Of a DNA stretch of 64,000 nucleotides, positions 9,987 through 19,802 are shown piece by piece; positions within the stretch are counted from its first letter, which is position 1, and each line of letters opens with the position of its first letter. The stretch is from Gemmatales bacterium (GTDB taxonomy: Bacteria > Planctomycetota > Planctomycetia > Gemmatales > HRBIN36), in NCBI GenBank assembly GCA_041640595.1, contig JBEPZY010000001.1:1175471-1239470 (forward strand). Direction: 5' to 3'. A program made the position numbers and the translations under genes. Under the pieces are notes generated by a model. That model was not told where the DNA came from, ran no database searches, and saw only the letters and a list, made by a program, of their open reading frames with translations.

Positions 9987-10472
9987 ATGCGCTGGCAAAT
10001 CACGGCGGCACTGGTTCTAGGAATGGCCTTGGGCTGGTGCCTTGGTGGCGAGTGGTTCCGAGGCGGCAACGTGCGAGCCGGCAACGACCGCTGGCAGGAA
10101 TTTGCTCTGGCCACCGGTGCCATTCTGGCCGGCCCGGTCGGACACGATCAGGATGGCGTCTGGCTGCTCGATTCCAAAAACGGCAAGCTCCTCGCTTCGG
10201 CTGTGAGCCGAACCACAGGCCGTATCTTACCCTGGGCTGAAGTAGATCTTTCGCGGGAGTTCGGACTTGCCTCGCCTGCTCAGGGACAATTCCTCATGAC
10301 TACCGGTCAGGTTGGCCGCGGAGCTTCCGTCTTATTCGTCGCCGAGGTCACCAGTGGTCGGCTGGCAGTTTATTCCATGAGCCTGGCGGAAGGACAAAAT
10401 CCCGGCGTAGTCGTGCGCCGACACGACCTGGTGGCATTTCGTCCCGGCTCGGTGCGTAGCTCTCCTAACTGA
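9987..10472 (+). CDS. hypothetical membrane-anchored protein
   Basis: GGAGGGG Shine-Dalgarno before the ATG at 9987. N-terminal TM segment MRWQITAALVLGMALGWCLG. No recognisable domain. Confidence 0.5.
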   Translation: MRWQITAALVLGMALGWCLGGEWFRGGNVRAGNDRWQEFALATGAILAGPVGHDQDGVWLLDSKNGKLLASAVSRTTGRILPWAEVDLSREFGLASPAQGQFLMTTGQVGRGASVLFVAEVTSGRLAVYSMSLAEGQNPGVVVRRHDLVAFRPGSVRSSPN

Positions 10473-10671
10473 TTCCCTGTCGTGCGATTTCCTGCAACAG
10501 CTGCCGCGCCACTTTGTAGGCGTGGCGGATGGTGACGGCACGAGCTTCGATTTGTTCTGGCGTGTAGTACCGGCCGGGCTCTGCTCGTGGAAGTCCGGCC
10601 AATTCGAGCACCAGGGGAAGCAAGGTTACGAATTCCCGAGCCCGTTGCTGTTGCAATTCCAGTTCAGTCAT
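10465..10671 (-). CDS. small hypothetical protein (68 aa)
   Basis: AAGGAG Shine-Dalgarno 7 nt upstream of the ATG. Balanced helical composition. No known domain. Confidence 0.5.
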   Translation of the reverse strand: MTELELQQQRAREFVTLLPLVLELAGLPRAEPGRYYTPEQIEARAVTIRHAYKVARQLLQEIARQGIS

Positions 10672-10820
10672 GGCTAAGCTCCTTGGCGTGCCTGCCAGCG
10701 AATAACCTCACCGGTGGCCAAGCCGATTTTCGGGTTTGCCTGCTGCCAAACGCCTCGCTTTTTCTTAGCATACCCGAAAATGCGTCCGAGTAAAATAGCC
10801 AGGCTACTGGAGGATGCGCC

Positions 10821-11045
10821 ATGACTAGCCTTCCCGACCCTTCCAACCCCGCTCCACGATGCATCCACTTGTGCTGCAAGTCCATGCTCACCTACGGGGA
10901 ACAATTCCAAGAAGACCCTGAATTTCAGGCCGGACTGGTGGATTTCTGGTGTGTGCTTACCGCACGATCCACGGGGCCAGACGGCGGTGACGTAAGCTGG
11001 CAGGCCTGCTGCGACCCAAACCGCACCTGTTACCGCGAATATTGA
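10821..11045 (+). CDS. small Cys-rich hypothetical protein (74 aa)
   Basis: GGAGGA Shine-Dalgarno 6 nt upstream and C-biased third codon positions. Conserved-looking CxHLCCKSM...CW..C...GPDG...C..CC motif. Confidence 0.55.
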   Translation: MTSLPDPSNPAPRCIHLCCKSMLTYGEQFQEDPEFQAGLVDFWCVLTARSTGPDGGDVSWQACCDPNRTCYREY

Positions 11046-11276
11046 TGCAGGAAACCGCGGCAATCGCTGACGGCGTTCTATACTACTCAAGAGCCAAAGC
11101 GCTTCGTCCTGTTCCATCGGCAAACCGAATACTTCCCAACTTGGATGGACGCGTCCTGACCCACACAAAGCGGTGCAAGATAATATCTGCATCACTGGCA
11201 CCCGACTGGAATTTCACGTCTTTTGGGCGCTGGAAAGTGATGAAGAAAATTTCGCCTCGCATCCTGGCGGATTAGC

Positions 11277-12389
11277 ATGCGACTACTTTGCCCCCACTGC
11301 CGCAAAGAAGTACAAGTTGGCGACCACCTTGCTGGGCAGGTTTCCACTTGCCCGCTGTGTCAGAAGCCATTCCGCGTGCCTGTGCCACCTTCGGCTTCGG
11401 CTGGGACGAGTCAAGCGGCCACCGCGCCCCCATCGGTCGCCCCTTCGACCTCCAGCGTACCGCCGCCCAGTGCGGGAGCGGCAGGCTGGGATACCGCAGC
11501 ACGGGGAGTGGCACCGAGTCCAGGTGTCCCGACTTCCGCGCCGCCTGCCCCAGGCTACACGCCAACGTTTTCCCCTTCGACTGCAACGCCGCCTTACGTT
11601 CCTCCAATCTCGCCTCAGCCGCCGATAAGCAGTCCGTTAGGCGCTACGGGCCCGGCTGCGCCCTCGCTCCCGGTCTCCCCTGGCGTAGCTGCATCGCCCA
11701 CGCTACCGCCCCCTGTGCCTTCTCCGGGCTACTCGGACTCCATCCAGCTTCTAGTTCTTTCGCCTGTAAAATTGCAGTTCCTGCAATTTCTGGGAATGCT
11801 TCTGTTGGCAGTGCTTCTGTTTTTTCCCTGGCTTCGCGTGCCTCCCGGCACCGGGATTCTCTTCCAGCAAAACGGGTTTCAGCTAGCGTTTGGTCGCGGA
11901 ACCGGCGAGCTAAAAGACAAAATCGAACCCGGCGTCTCGCCTTTGGGGATAATTTTTTTCTTTTTAGCCCTCTTCTCCGCGATCCTGAGCGGTCTTTTGC
12001 TATTAGCCGCGAAGCTGGACTGGCCGGAATTAAGACCCTACCTGCGTTTCCGCCATTTGCTGACCGGCGGACTGATTTTGCTCCTTGCCACAATATTGTC
12101 GTTACAGGTTCTTATAGGCTTCCCCTTGAATGCCGCCTGGACAGCAACTGCTAAGCTTTCCGATGAGGATGCGAAAAAAGTATATCAAGCCGTCGAAACC
12201 GCACAGGTTTCGTGGTTAGATGTATTAGCTCGTTCCGTAATTAAAAACCCGGAAGAGCATATAGGGTGGGGCTGGGGACTATACGGAACATGCCTGTTAG
12301 TGATTTTGCTCGTAGCTCTGGCACTGTTGGATTTCTGGCAGCAGCGTCGCGGCAGTCCCCTTCCGCCTCGTCTATTATTAGAAAAATAA
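11277..12389 (+). CDS. zinc-ribbon / Pro-rich linker / multi-pass membrane protein
   Basis: N-terminal CPHC..x..CPLC zinc ribbon, a ~140-aa P/S/A-rich low-complexity region, then about 5 predicted TM helices. Confidence 0.7.
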   Translation: MRLLCPHCRKEVQVGDHLAGQVSTCPLCQKPFRVPVPPSASAGTSQAATAPPSVAPSTSSVPPPSAGAAGWDTAARGVAPSPGVPTSAPPAPGYTPTFSPSTATPPYVPPISPQPPISSPLGATGPAAPSLPVSPGVAASPTLPPPVPSPGYSDSIQLLVLSPVKLQFLQFLGMLLLAVLLFFPWLRVPPGTGILFQQNGFQLAFGRGTGELKDKIEPGVSPLGIIFFFLALFSAILSGLLLLAAKLDWPELRPYLRFRHLLTGGLILLLATILSLQVLIGFPLNAAWTATAKLSDEDAKKVYQAVETAQVSWLDVLARSVIKNPEEHIGWGWGLYGTCLLVILLVALALLDFWQQRRGSPLPPRLLLEK

Positions 12390-12946
12390 GTTCCCGCATG
12401 AACGCAGGCTTACCCAATGGCTCGACGTTTGACATGTCCCGATCGGCAAGCTAAGTTTCAGCGGGCGCACCGACACTCGCGGACAAAGTCAGGCTAGGCT
12501 CTGTCACGCATTCGGCAGCGTTATGTTATAACTTTATAGCCACAGGGCTGTCGTGAGGAAATCGAATTGGGGCAATCCAGGAGGCTGGGAGGCCATGCGC
12601 TACATGATCACGGATGAAATGTGGGTGGTTATCGAGGAATGTTTGGCCCAAGCGAAGATAGAAAAACGGGGCCGACCCGCAGAGATTTCCGACCGCAAGT
12701 TCCTCGAGGCCTTGCTCTCCTTGCTCTACGTGGCGCGAACGGGGATTCCCCGACGGGATTTGCCCAGGGAATTTGGGAAATGGGATGCGATTTACAACCG
12801 GTATCGCCGCTGGCTCAAAAACGGTACGCTGCAGAGGCTGTTTGAGTTGCTCACTGCCCACCCAGAGTTAGCGGCCATCAGACGCATCCTGATAGATGCC
12901 ACGAATGTGCGAGCCCATCGGTGCGCGGCAGGGGCACCGAAAAAAG

Positions 12947-13050
12947 GGTCTGCCTCCGAGCAGGGTCCGCGTGGGAGTCGGCAGTTGTAAGTGGTCGGAC
13001 AAGCGAAGTTCCGGTCTGCCTCCGAACAGGGTCTTGGTCGGAGTCGGGGT
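12947..13050. repeat. 66-bp-period duplication inside the transposase gene
   Basis: GGTCTGCCTCCGARCAGGGTC occurs at 12947 and 13013. Similarity extends ~38 nt; the remaining ~28 nt is unrelated filler. Confidence 0.8.
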
Positions 13051-13211
13051 GGATTCTCGACGAAGATGGTGCTCACTGCCCTAGATGAGAACACACCGGT
13101 GGCCGTAGAGCTGTTACCTGGTCAGGTGCATGAAGCAACGCAGGTCGAGAAGATGCTTGATGCGAGCCAAGCACGTCTTCCTCAGATTGAGGAAGCGGTG
13201 GTGGATAAGGG

Positions 13212-13368
13212 GTTTGACGGTGAGCCACAGCGGGCAGCTATGGTCGCTCTTGCATGCATTGTTGGCCCCCCTGTGCGGAGTTTGACGGTGAGCCTCAGCG
13301 GCAAGCGATGTTGTGAGTTCGCCTGCGCCTCCGGGTCGTTGTCCGCGTTTGACGGTGAGCCACAGCGG
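13212..13368. repeat. three copies of a 22-nt core at 68/67-bp spacing inside the transposase gene
   Basis: GTTTGACGGTGAGCCNCAGCGG occurs at 13212, 13280 and 13347, separated by 46- and 45-nt fillers that share only their ends. Confidence 0.8.
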
Positions 13369-13617
13369 CAAACCATGGCAAGTCGGAACATCCGGCCGGT
13401 GATTCCCTATCGAGCCAATCGGCAAAAAGGGGGGGCGACTAAACCGGAAGGCGTATGCGGAGCGTAACAAGATAGAACGGCTGATTGGCAAGTTGAAAGA
13501 GTTTCGTCGCATCGCCACACGATATGACAAGTTGAAAGAGACATTTCTTGGCATCATTCAACTGGCTCTCGCATACATTTGCCTAAAAGCTAAGTTAATC
13601 GTCAACAGAGCCTAATT

Positions 13618-14124
13618 ATGACAGCATTAGCGACTGGATTTTCTCTAAGCACGGCAACAAGCCTGACGCTGGTTACGGGATACTGGCCAGGTTCCGGTCT
13701 GGGAGGCGTGCTGGTGTTTGCAGTGAGCTTTGCTGCATTCTGGGGATTCAGTATGTTAGTTGGGGCGCTGAGCCGGAGCAGTGCTGCCGTGCTGGTTGCG
13801 AATGTCCTATTGTGGTTGGTAAGCTACGCGGTGAACGTTTCGCACTTATGCCAGACCTCGTATCCGAGCGAGCACATCACTGCTTCAGTTTTGGCCCGGC
13901 TACCTTACTGGTGCTTGCCGAAACCGGCCGACTTGTTGATACTGTTGAGCGACCTCATCGGTGCAGGCCAACATTTCGCCAGCTTCCCGGAACTACTGGA
14001 TTCCCGAAACGTGGCTGAGTTTAACCCATGGTGGAGCGTTGGAAGCAGTTTAGGCTTCGGTCTGACCATGGCTGTCCTGGCCGGCTGGGAGTTACGCCGG
14101 GCGGAAACAGAAGTCTTTTCATAA
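13618..14124 (+). CDS. hypothetical 4-TM membrane protein (resembles the C-terminal part of an ABC-2-type permease)
   Basis: 168 aa with four hydrophobic spans. The ATG lies 5 nt after the IS right end. The function call is weak. Confidence 0.5.
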   Translation: MTALATGFSLSTATSLTLVTGYWPGSGLGGVLVFAVSFAAFWGFSMLVGALSRSSAAVLVANVLLWLVSYAVNVSHLCQTSYPSEHITASVLARLPYWCLPKPADLLILLSDLIGAGQHFASFPELLDSRNVAEFNPWWSVGSSLGFGLTMAVLAGWELRRAETEVFS

Positions 14125-14241
14125 GTTGCCACTTCAGCAAGCCTTATGAAAACAGGAAAAAAGGAAACATTTTTACGCGGCTATACTTGACGAAAAAGTA
14201 AACGTTCCTAGAATACTGGCAGCCACGAACGGTAGCTGACC

Positions 14242-14817
14242 ATGAAAATTTCCGCCCAGGAAGAGTATGGCTTGCGGTGTCTTTTGCAGCTAGCGGTCGC
14301 TCCGGATCACACCCGGACGATCGCCGAAATAGCTGCCGCGGAGGGTCTGTCGCAACCGTACGTCGCGAAACTGCTGGCGGTGTTGCGTCAGGAAGGGCTG
14401 GTGGAAAGCGTGCGTGGTCGGACTGGCGGCTACCGGCTCACGGAGCGACCCGAAAAAATTCAGCTTGGTCGGGTGCTGCGGGCTCTAGGCCAGCCACTAT
14501 ACGATGAGCCGGACTACTGCCGCCGGCACGCCGGCACAGAAACCGAGGGCAGCTGTGTTCACAGCCTGCAGGCCTGCAGTCTGCGAGCCTTGTGGCAGAC
14601 TTTGGAGACCTGGCTCCGCCACGCCCTGGATCAGCTGCACTTGAGCGATCTGTTGCAGTCACCCTGTGATTTAGCTCAGCGACTCAGGCAACGCCTGGAA
14701 CAAGCGATCCAGGAACTACCCGCGGCTACGGAATCGTCCCTGATTTCCGGCATTGACACCACTAAATTGCAAAGACGCCCTGCGGAACTTAGTCATGCCT
14801 GGCCTGCGGACTCCTAA
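14242..14817 (+). CDS. Rrf2-family transcriptional regulator (IscR/SufR-like)
   Basis: [58 protein letters not shown] winged-helix region, a Cys cluster, and a position directly upstream of sufB. Confidence 0.85.
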   Translation: MKISAQEEYGLRCLLQLAVAPDHTRTIAEIAAAEGLSQPYVAKLLAVLRQEGLVESVRGRTGGYRLTERPEKIQLGRVLRALGQPLYDEPDYCRRHAGTETEGSCVHSLQACSLRALWQTLETWLRHALDQLHLSDLLQSPCDLAQRLRQRLEQAIQELPAATESSLISGIDTTKLQRRPAELSHAWPADS

Positions 14818-14912
14818 ACACTCTAATTAGTCTCGTTAAGCAAGCGCGGAACAATCAGCTTTTCCCCTTAGCATCCCGAATTCATGCGAGCCTGAACAAA
14901 CGGAGATTCGCT

Positions 14913-16361
14913 ATGCCGACGGATACAGCAACGATTGCCCAGCTCACTCAGCGCGAATACGAGTGGGGCTTTTATACTGACATTGAAGAGGAGAAAGTCC
15001 CTAAGGGACTTAACGAGGATATTATTCGCACCATTTCTCGACTCAAAGGCGAGCCGGATTGGTTGTTAGAATGGCGTCTCAAAGCATATCGGCACTGGTT
15101 GACGATGGAAGAACCGAGGTGGTGGCCCCACATCCAATACAGTCGCATTGATTATCAGGATATCCACTATTACGCAGCACCGAAGCGACGTAAACCGCTG
15201 GCCAGCTTAGACGAAGTGGACCCGGAAATCCGCCGTACTTTTGAAAAACTAGGCATCCCACTCGAGGAGCAAAAACGCTTAGCCGGGGTTGCAGTGGATG
15301 CGGTTTTCGATAGCGTCTCCGTGGCTACCACCTACAAAGAAAAGCTCAAGCAATTGGGCATTATCTTTTGTTCCTTCTCCGAAGCCGTAAGGGAGTACCC
15401 GGACTTGGTGCGACAGTATCTCGGTTCCGTGGTTCCTTATAACGACAACTTTTTCGCTGCCTTGAATTCTGCCGTATTCAGCGACGGATCATTTGTTTAT
15501 GTTCCTCCGGGAGTGCGATGCCCTATGGAACTTTCGACCTATTTCCGGATCAATGCACGGGAAACCGGTCAGTTCGAGCGTACCTTGATTATTGCGGATC
15601 GCGGCAGCTATGTGAGCTACCTCGAAGGTTGCACTGCTCCGATGCGAGATGAGAACCAGTTGCACGCGGCGGTGGTAGAACTTATTGCGCTCGACGAAGC
15701 CGAAATCAAGTATTCCACAGTGCAGAACTGGTATCCGGGTGATAAAGAGGGGCGCGGCGGGATTTACAACTTCGTCACCAAACGCGGTGCATGTCGAGGA
15801 CGTCGCTCGAAAATCTCCTGGACGCAGGTCGAAACCGGTTCGGCAATCACCTGGAAATATCCGAGTGTCATCCTTCAAGGAGATGAATCCGTAGGCGAAT
15901 TCTATTCCGTAGCCGTTACCAATAACTATCAACAGGCCGACACCGGTACGAAGATGATTCATATCGGTAAGCATACACGCAGCACAATCGTTTCAAAAGG
16001 TATTAGCGCGGGGCATGGGCAAAATACCTATCGAGGCTTGGTCAAGGTGATGAAAGGGGCGGCGTATGCCCGCAATTATTCCCAGTGCGATTCCCTGCTC
16101 ATCGGGGACAAATGCGGCGCCCACACCATGCCCTATATCGAGGTTCGCAATTCGACAGCCCGTGTCGAGCATGAGGCCTCGACCTCGAAAATTGGGGAAG
16201 ACCAGATCTTCTATTGTCGCCAGCGGGGCCTTTCAACTGAAGACGCCGTAAACATGATCGTCAACGGATTTTGCAAACAGGTGCTCTTGAATTTGCCTAT
16301 GGAATTTGCAGTGGAAGCCCAAAAGTTGCTGGGAATCAGTTTGGAAGGAAGTGTCGGCTAA
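14913..16361 (+). CDS. sufB: Fe-S cluster assembly scaffold SufB
   Basis: 482 aa with conserved blocks [27 protein letters not shown] and RGLSTEDA, followed by sufC and sufD. Confidence 0.95.
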   Translation: MPTDTATIAQLTQREYEWGFYTDIEEEKVPKGLNEDIIRTISRLKGEPDWLLEWRLKAYRHWLTMEEPRWWPHIQYSRIDYQDIHYYAAPKRRKPLASLDEVDPEIRRTFEKLGIPLEEQKRLAGVAVDAVFDSVSVATTYKEKLKQLGIIFCSFSEAVREYPDLVRQYLGSVVPYNDNFFAALNSAVFSDGSFVYVPPGVRCPMELSTYFRINARETGQFERTLIIADRGSYVSYLEGCTAPMRDENQLHAAVVELIALDEAEIKYSTVQNWYPGDKEGRGGIYNFVTKRGACRGRRSKISWTQVETGSAITWKYPSVILQGDESVGEFYSVAVTNNYQQADTGTKMIHIGKHTRSTIVSKGISAGHGQNTYRGLVKVMKGAAYARNYSQCDSLLIGDKCGAHTMPYIEVRNSTARVEHEASTSKIGEDQIFYCRQRGLSTEDAVNMIVNGFCKQVLLNLPMEFAVEAQKLLGISLEGSVG

Positions 16362-16394
16362 AAATCAATGTGTAAATAGTGCGAGGAGCTAAAG

Positions 16395-17165
16395 ATGCAA
16401 CCCATGCTAGAAATCCGTGATCTCCATGTGCAGGTGGAGGGAAAAGAAATCCTCAAGGGGGTAAATTTAGTACTGCCCGTTGGCCAGGTACATGCGATAA
16501 TGGGGCCGAACGGCTCCGGTAAGAGCACCCTGGCTGCTGTATTAGCGGGGCGAGAGGATTATGAAGTTACTCAGGGGGAAATCCTCTATCAAGGGCGATC
16601 GCTACTGGAACTTGACCCCGAAGAACGTGCCCGGGAGGGAGTTTTCCTGGCGTTCCAATATCCGGTAGAAATACCCGGTGTAACAAATATGTATTTCCTC
16701 CGGGCTGCGGTTAATGCGATTCGTAAGCATCGCGGCCTGCCGGAACTTGATGCTATGGACTTTCTCCAGCTGGTACGCGAAAAGTTGCGTCTTCTGCGCA
16801 TGGACGAATCCCTCTTGAAACGCTCCGTTAATGAGGGATTCAGCGGTGGCGAAAAGAAACGCAACGAAATTTTGCAGATGGCGATATTAGAGCCGAAACT
16901 CTGCATCATGGACGAAACCGATTCCGGTCTTGATATAGATGCTTTACGTGTCGTAGCCGATGGTGTTAATTCTCTTCGTTCGCCAGAGCGTAGCATACTG
17001 GTGATCACGCATTATCAACGCCTGCTCAACTATATCATTCCCGATCAGGTACATGTATTAGTAGATGGCCGAATCGTTCGCAGTGGTCCCAAAGAACTGG
17101 CTCTGGAACTGGAAGCAAAAGGTTATGGCTGGCTAGAACAGCAGCTGGCAACGAGCAAACTCTAG
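16395..17165 (+). CDS. sufC: Fe-S cluster assembly ATPase SufC
   Basis: Walker [25 protein letters not shown] signature, Walker [16 protein letters not shown]. Confidence 0.95.
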   Translation: MQPMLEIRDLHVQVEGKEILKGVNLVLPVGQVHAIMGPNGSGKSTLAAVLAGREDYEVTQGEILYQGRSLLELDPEERAREGVFLAFQYPVEIPGVTNMYFLRAAVNAIRKHRGLPELDAMDFLQLVREKLRLLRMDESLLKRSVNEGFSGGEKKRNEILQMAILEPKLCIMDETDSGLDIDALRVVADGVNSLRSPERSILVITHYQRLLNYIIPDQVHVLVDGRIVRSGPKELALELEAKGYGWLEQQLATSKL

Positions 17166-17189
17166 CAAATCACTAATAATGGGTGCGCT

Positions 17190-18518
17190 ATGCTGAAGAC
17201 ACGCGGGCCAGGAAGTAAAATCACCCAGCAATGGTCGGCTTTCTTGAGAGGTCAGCCGACACAAGAACCTCGTTTCGTCGTAGCCGCCAGGCAAGCGGCA
17301 GAAGCTGCTTTTTCAGAACTTGGCTATCCACTGCGTAGAAATGAAGACTGGAAGTACACCAACGTCGCCGCCGTTGCCCAGACCGCATGGCAACCAGCAC
17401 CACCGGCACAACTGGTGCGCCAGTTTGATTGGGAAGCAGTTCGGGTCATCATCGCCAACGGTCGCGTACTTGATGTACACGTACCGCCTGCCTCGGCCAA
17501 TAAACTTCGCATTATGAACTGGCATGACGCATCTCAAAAGCATGTCGATTTCCTGGAAAGCCATTGGAATCGGACAGCACGCTGGTCTCAGCATGCCTTT
17601 GCCGCGCTTAATGCTATGCTTTTCGAGGATGCGGTTATAGTGCATGTGCTGCCGAATCAAGACCTTGATTTGCCGGTGCATATAGAAATATATCAGCAAG
17701 CAAATGAGCAACTGGAACCACAGGCGGTGTTTCCCCGCATCCTGTTCGTTCTGGGGCAAGGAAGCCGTGCCAGTCTGGTCGAGAGCTACAGTGGCGGTTC
17801 TGAGCGGTGTTTCACCTGCGGAGTGGTAGAACTTATCCTGGAGCGCGGCGCTCACCTTAGTTACTATAAGGTTCAGCAGGAGCACCCAAATAGCATTCAT
17901 ATCGTTCAAGCCTATGCGCGATTGGCACAGCAGGCAGAATTACAAGCTTACATTGTTTCCCTCGGTGGAGGACTGGTGCGAAACGAGTGTGATGTAAGGC
18001 TGGAAGGCGAATACGGTTCTTGCACTTTGAATGGCCTTTATTTAGCGCGGGGCAAGCAACATATTGACAACCATACCGAAATCGAACATCTGGCACCCGC
18101 CTGTACCAGTTACGAATTGTATAAGGGGATACTTAGCGAACGAGGTCACGGCGTTTTTCAGGGCAAGATTTACGTACATCCGGGAGCTCAAAAAACCGAT
18201 GCCAAGCAGACGAATCAGGCCCTGTTGCTTTCCGACGACGCCGAAGTGGACTCTAAGCCTCAATTAGAAATCTACGCCGATGACGTTCGCTGCACTCATG
18301 GAGCGACAGTCGGCCAGTTAGACGAACAACAGCTCTTTTACCTGCAGACCCGGGGGATCGGCAGGGAACAGGCACGAAGCCTGCTGATTTATGCTTTTGC
18401 CGAAGACATCGTCTCTCGGATTCAAGTCGAGCCGGTGCGTCTCCAGCTCGAGGACCTCCTCCTGGCCGAGGAAGGCTTGCCGCTGGAGCGCGAACTCAGG
18501 AGATTGTCGCTGCCATGA
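17190..18518 (+). CDS. sufD: Fe-S cluster assembly protein SufD
   Basis: 442 aa in operon position between sufC and sufS. C-terminal block QLEIYADDVRCTHGATVGQLDEQQLFYLQTRGI. Confidence 0.9.
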   Translation: MLKTRGPGSKITQQWSAFLRGQPTQEPRFVVAARQAAEAAFSELGYPLRRNEDWKYTNVAAVAQTAWQPAPPAQLVRQFDWEAVRVIIANGRVLDVHVPPASANKLRIMNWHDASQKHVDFLESHWNRTARWSQHAFAALNAMLFEDAVIVHVLPNQDLDLPVHIEIYQQANEQLEPQAVFPRILFVLGQGSRASLVESYSGGSERCFTCGVVELILERGAHLSYYKVQQEHPNSIHIVQAYARLAQQAELQAYIVSLGGGLVRNECDVRLEGEYGSCTLNGLYLARGKQHIDNHTEIEHLAPACTSYELYKGILSERGHGVFQGKIYVHPGAQKTDAKQTNQALLLSDDAEVDSKPQLEIYADDVRCTHGATVGQLDEQQLFYLQTRGIGREQARSLLIYAFAEDIVSRIQVEPVRLQLEDLLLAEEGLPLERELRRLSLP

Positions 18519-19783
18519 CCCGCATCACATCTGTACCGGCAGCCCAGAAGAGCATGCTCCGCTCCTGGACACCTGAGACTTTGCGGGCGGAGTTTCCTAT
18601 TCTGCTACGCCCGGTGCGGGGAAAGACGCTGCACTACCTGGATAACGCTGCCACCACCCAGAAACCGCGGGTTGTTATCGAGTCGCTGGTGCGGTATTAT
18701 GAGGAATGGAACGCCAATGTGCATCGCGGCATTCATTATCTAAGCGAACAGGCGACACATGCCTTCGAACAAACACGTACGACCGTGCAGCGGTTTATAG
18801 GTGCTCGTAGTTCGCGCGAGATCATCTTTACACGCGGAACAACAGAAAGTATCAACCTCGTAGCCTGGTCGTTTAGTCGTCGCTTTATGCAGGCGGGTGA
18901 CGAAATTATTATTACGCACTTGGAACATCATTCTAATATCGTGCCCTGGCAGATGGTTTGTGAAGAGCGCGGTCTGAAGTTGCGTGTTGTTCCGTTGACA
19001 CCGGAAGGAGAGTTAGACTGGAAAGTTTTCGAGCGTCTGCTGAGCCCGCGCACGCGACTGGTAGCCGTAGCGCATGTTTCTAATGTGCTTGGGACAGTAA
19101 ATCCGGTGCAAAAAATTGCTGAGCTGGCCCATGCTGCCGGAGCACGGGTTCTTGTAGATGGTGCACAAGCCGCACCGCATTTGCCGGTCAATGTCCAGGA
19201 GCTCGATTGCGACTTTTATGCGTTCTCAGCCCATAAGATGTATGGACCGACGGGCGTAGGCGTGCTTTACGGGAAAGAAGAATTATTAGAGGCTATGCCA
19301 CCTTATCAAGGTGGTGGTGATATGATCGCTTCGGTAACCTTTGAAAAAACGACCTACAATGTGCTACCCTATAAGTTTGAAGCTGGCACGCCGAATATAG
19401 CGGACGTGGTTGCATTCAAGGCGGCTCTGGATTTTCTGAATCAGCTGGGTATGGAAGAAGTAGCCGCCCAGGAGGAGAAGTTGATGGAGTATAGCTTACA
19501 AGCATTACGCGAGATACCCGGGTTGACTATTTACGGCAATCCGGCATGGCGATGCGGTGCCATTGCTTTCAATTTAGACGGCGTCCATCCACACGATTTG
19601 GGAACTGTACTTGATCAGCAGGGTATCGCCATACGCACAGGACATCACTGTGCCCAACCGTTAATGGAGTGGTTAGGAGTCCCAGCTACCGCACGGGCCT
19701 CGCTCGGCATTTACAATACTGCAGAAGATATAGATGCCCTGGTTGCCGGATTGTACCAGGCCCGAGAATTTTTCCGCATGTGA
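18515..19783 (+). CDS. sufS: cysteine desulfurase SufS (class V aminotransferase)
   Basis: PLP-lysine motif FSAHKMYGPTG and active-site RTGHHCAQP. It overlaps the sufD stop by 4 nt. Confidence 0.9.
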   Translation: MTRITSVPAAQKSMLRSWTPETLRAEFPILLRPVRGKTLHYLDNAATTQKPRVVIESLVRYYEEWNANVHRGIHYLSEQATHAFEQTRTTVQRFIGARSSREIIFTRGTTESINLVAWSFSRRFMQAGDEIIITHLEHHSNIVPWQMVCEERGLKLRVVPLTPEGELDWKVFERLLSPRTRLVAVAHVSNVLGTVNPVQKIAELAHAAGARVLVDGAQAAPHLPVNVQELDCDFYAFSAHKMYGPTGVGVLYGKEELLEAMPPYQGGGDMIASVTFEKTTYNVLPYKFEAGTPNIADVVAFKAALDFLNQLGMEEVAAQEEKLMEYSLQALREIPGLTIYGNPAWRCGAIAFNLDGVHPHDLGTVLDQQGIAIRTGHHCAQPLMEWLGVPATARASLGIYNTAEDIDALVAGLYQAREFFRM

Positions 19784-19802
19784 AATCAGGATAGCCACTA
19801 AC

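Larger units (their letters stand above)
12497..13612 (+). mobile_element. IS5-family (IS427/IS1031-like) insertion sequence, decayed
   Basis: Terminal inverted repeats GGCTCTGTCACG (12497) and the complement of CGTCAACAGAGCC (13612), flanked by a TA/TA duplication (12495-6 and 13613-4). The interior encodes a DUF4096+DDE transposase. Confidence 0.8.
12595..13615 (+). pseudogene. IS5-family DDE transposase, inactivated
   Basis: Recognisable transposase segments: MITDEMW..RKFLEALLSLLYVARTGIPRRDLP..; EQGLGRSRGGFSTK; VDKGFDGEPQR..IRPVIPYRANR; YAERNKIERLIGKLKEFRRIATRYDK. It is interrupted by an in-frame TAA (12988-12990) inside a 66-bp insertion-like duplication, by a 135-bp insert (13212-13346), and by a frameshift at the A5G7 run (13424-13435). 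Confidence 0.8.

Noticed and set aside
10674-11201. 175-aa minus-strand ORF, and the 77-aa plus ORF at 11042..11275
   Set aside because: The 175-aa ORF overlaps the better-supported 74-aa Cys-rich gene on the opposite strand. Both have poor composition and no Shine-Dalgarno. The 3' part of the 175-aa ORF is better explained as the promoter or 5' UTR of the 68-aa gene.
11288-12154. 288-aa alternative-frame ORF overlapping 11277..12389
   Set aside because: It is R/S/A-rich and a by-product of the Pro-rich GC-rich region. The 370-aa frame has a zinc ribbon and coherent TM helices.
13212-13368. Bona fide CRISPR array formed by the three GTTTGACGGTGAGCC.CAGCGG repeats with 45-46-nt spacers
   Set aside because: There are only three copies, they lie inside a transposase ORF whose native sequence supplies the last repeat, and no leader or cas genes are present. 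It is retained only as a possible integration-like footprint in the findings.
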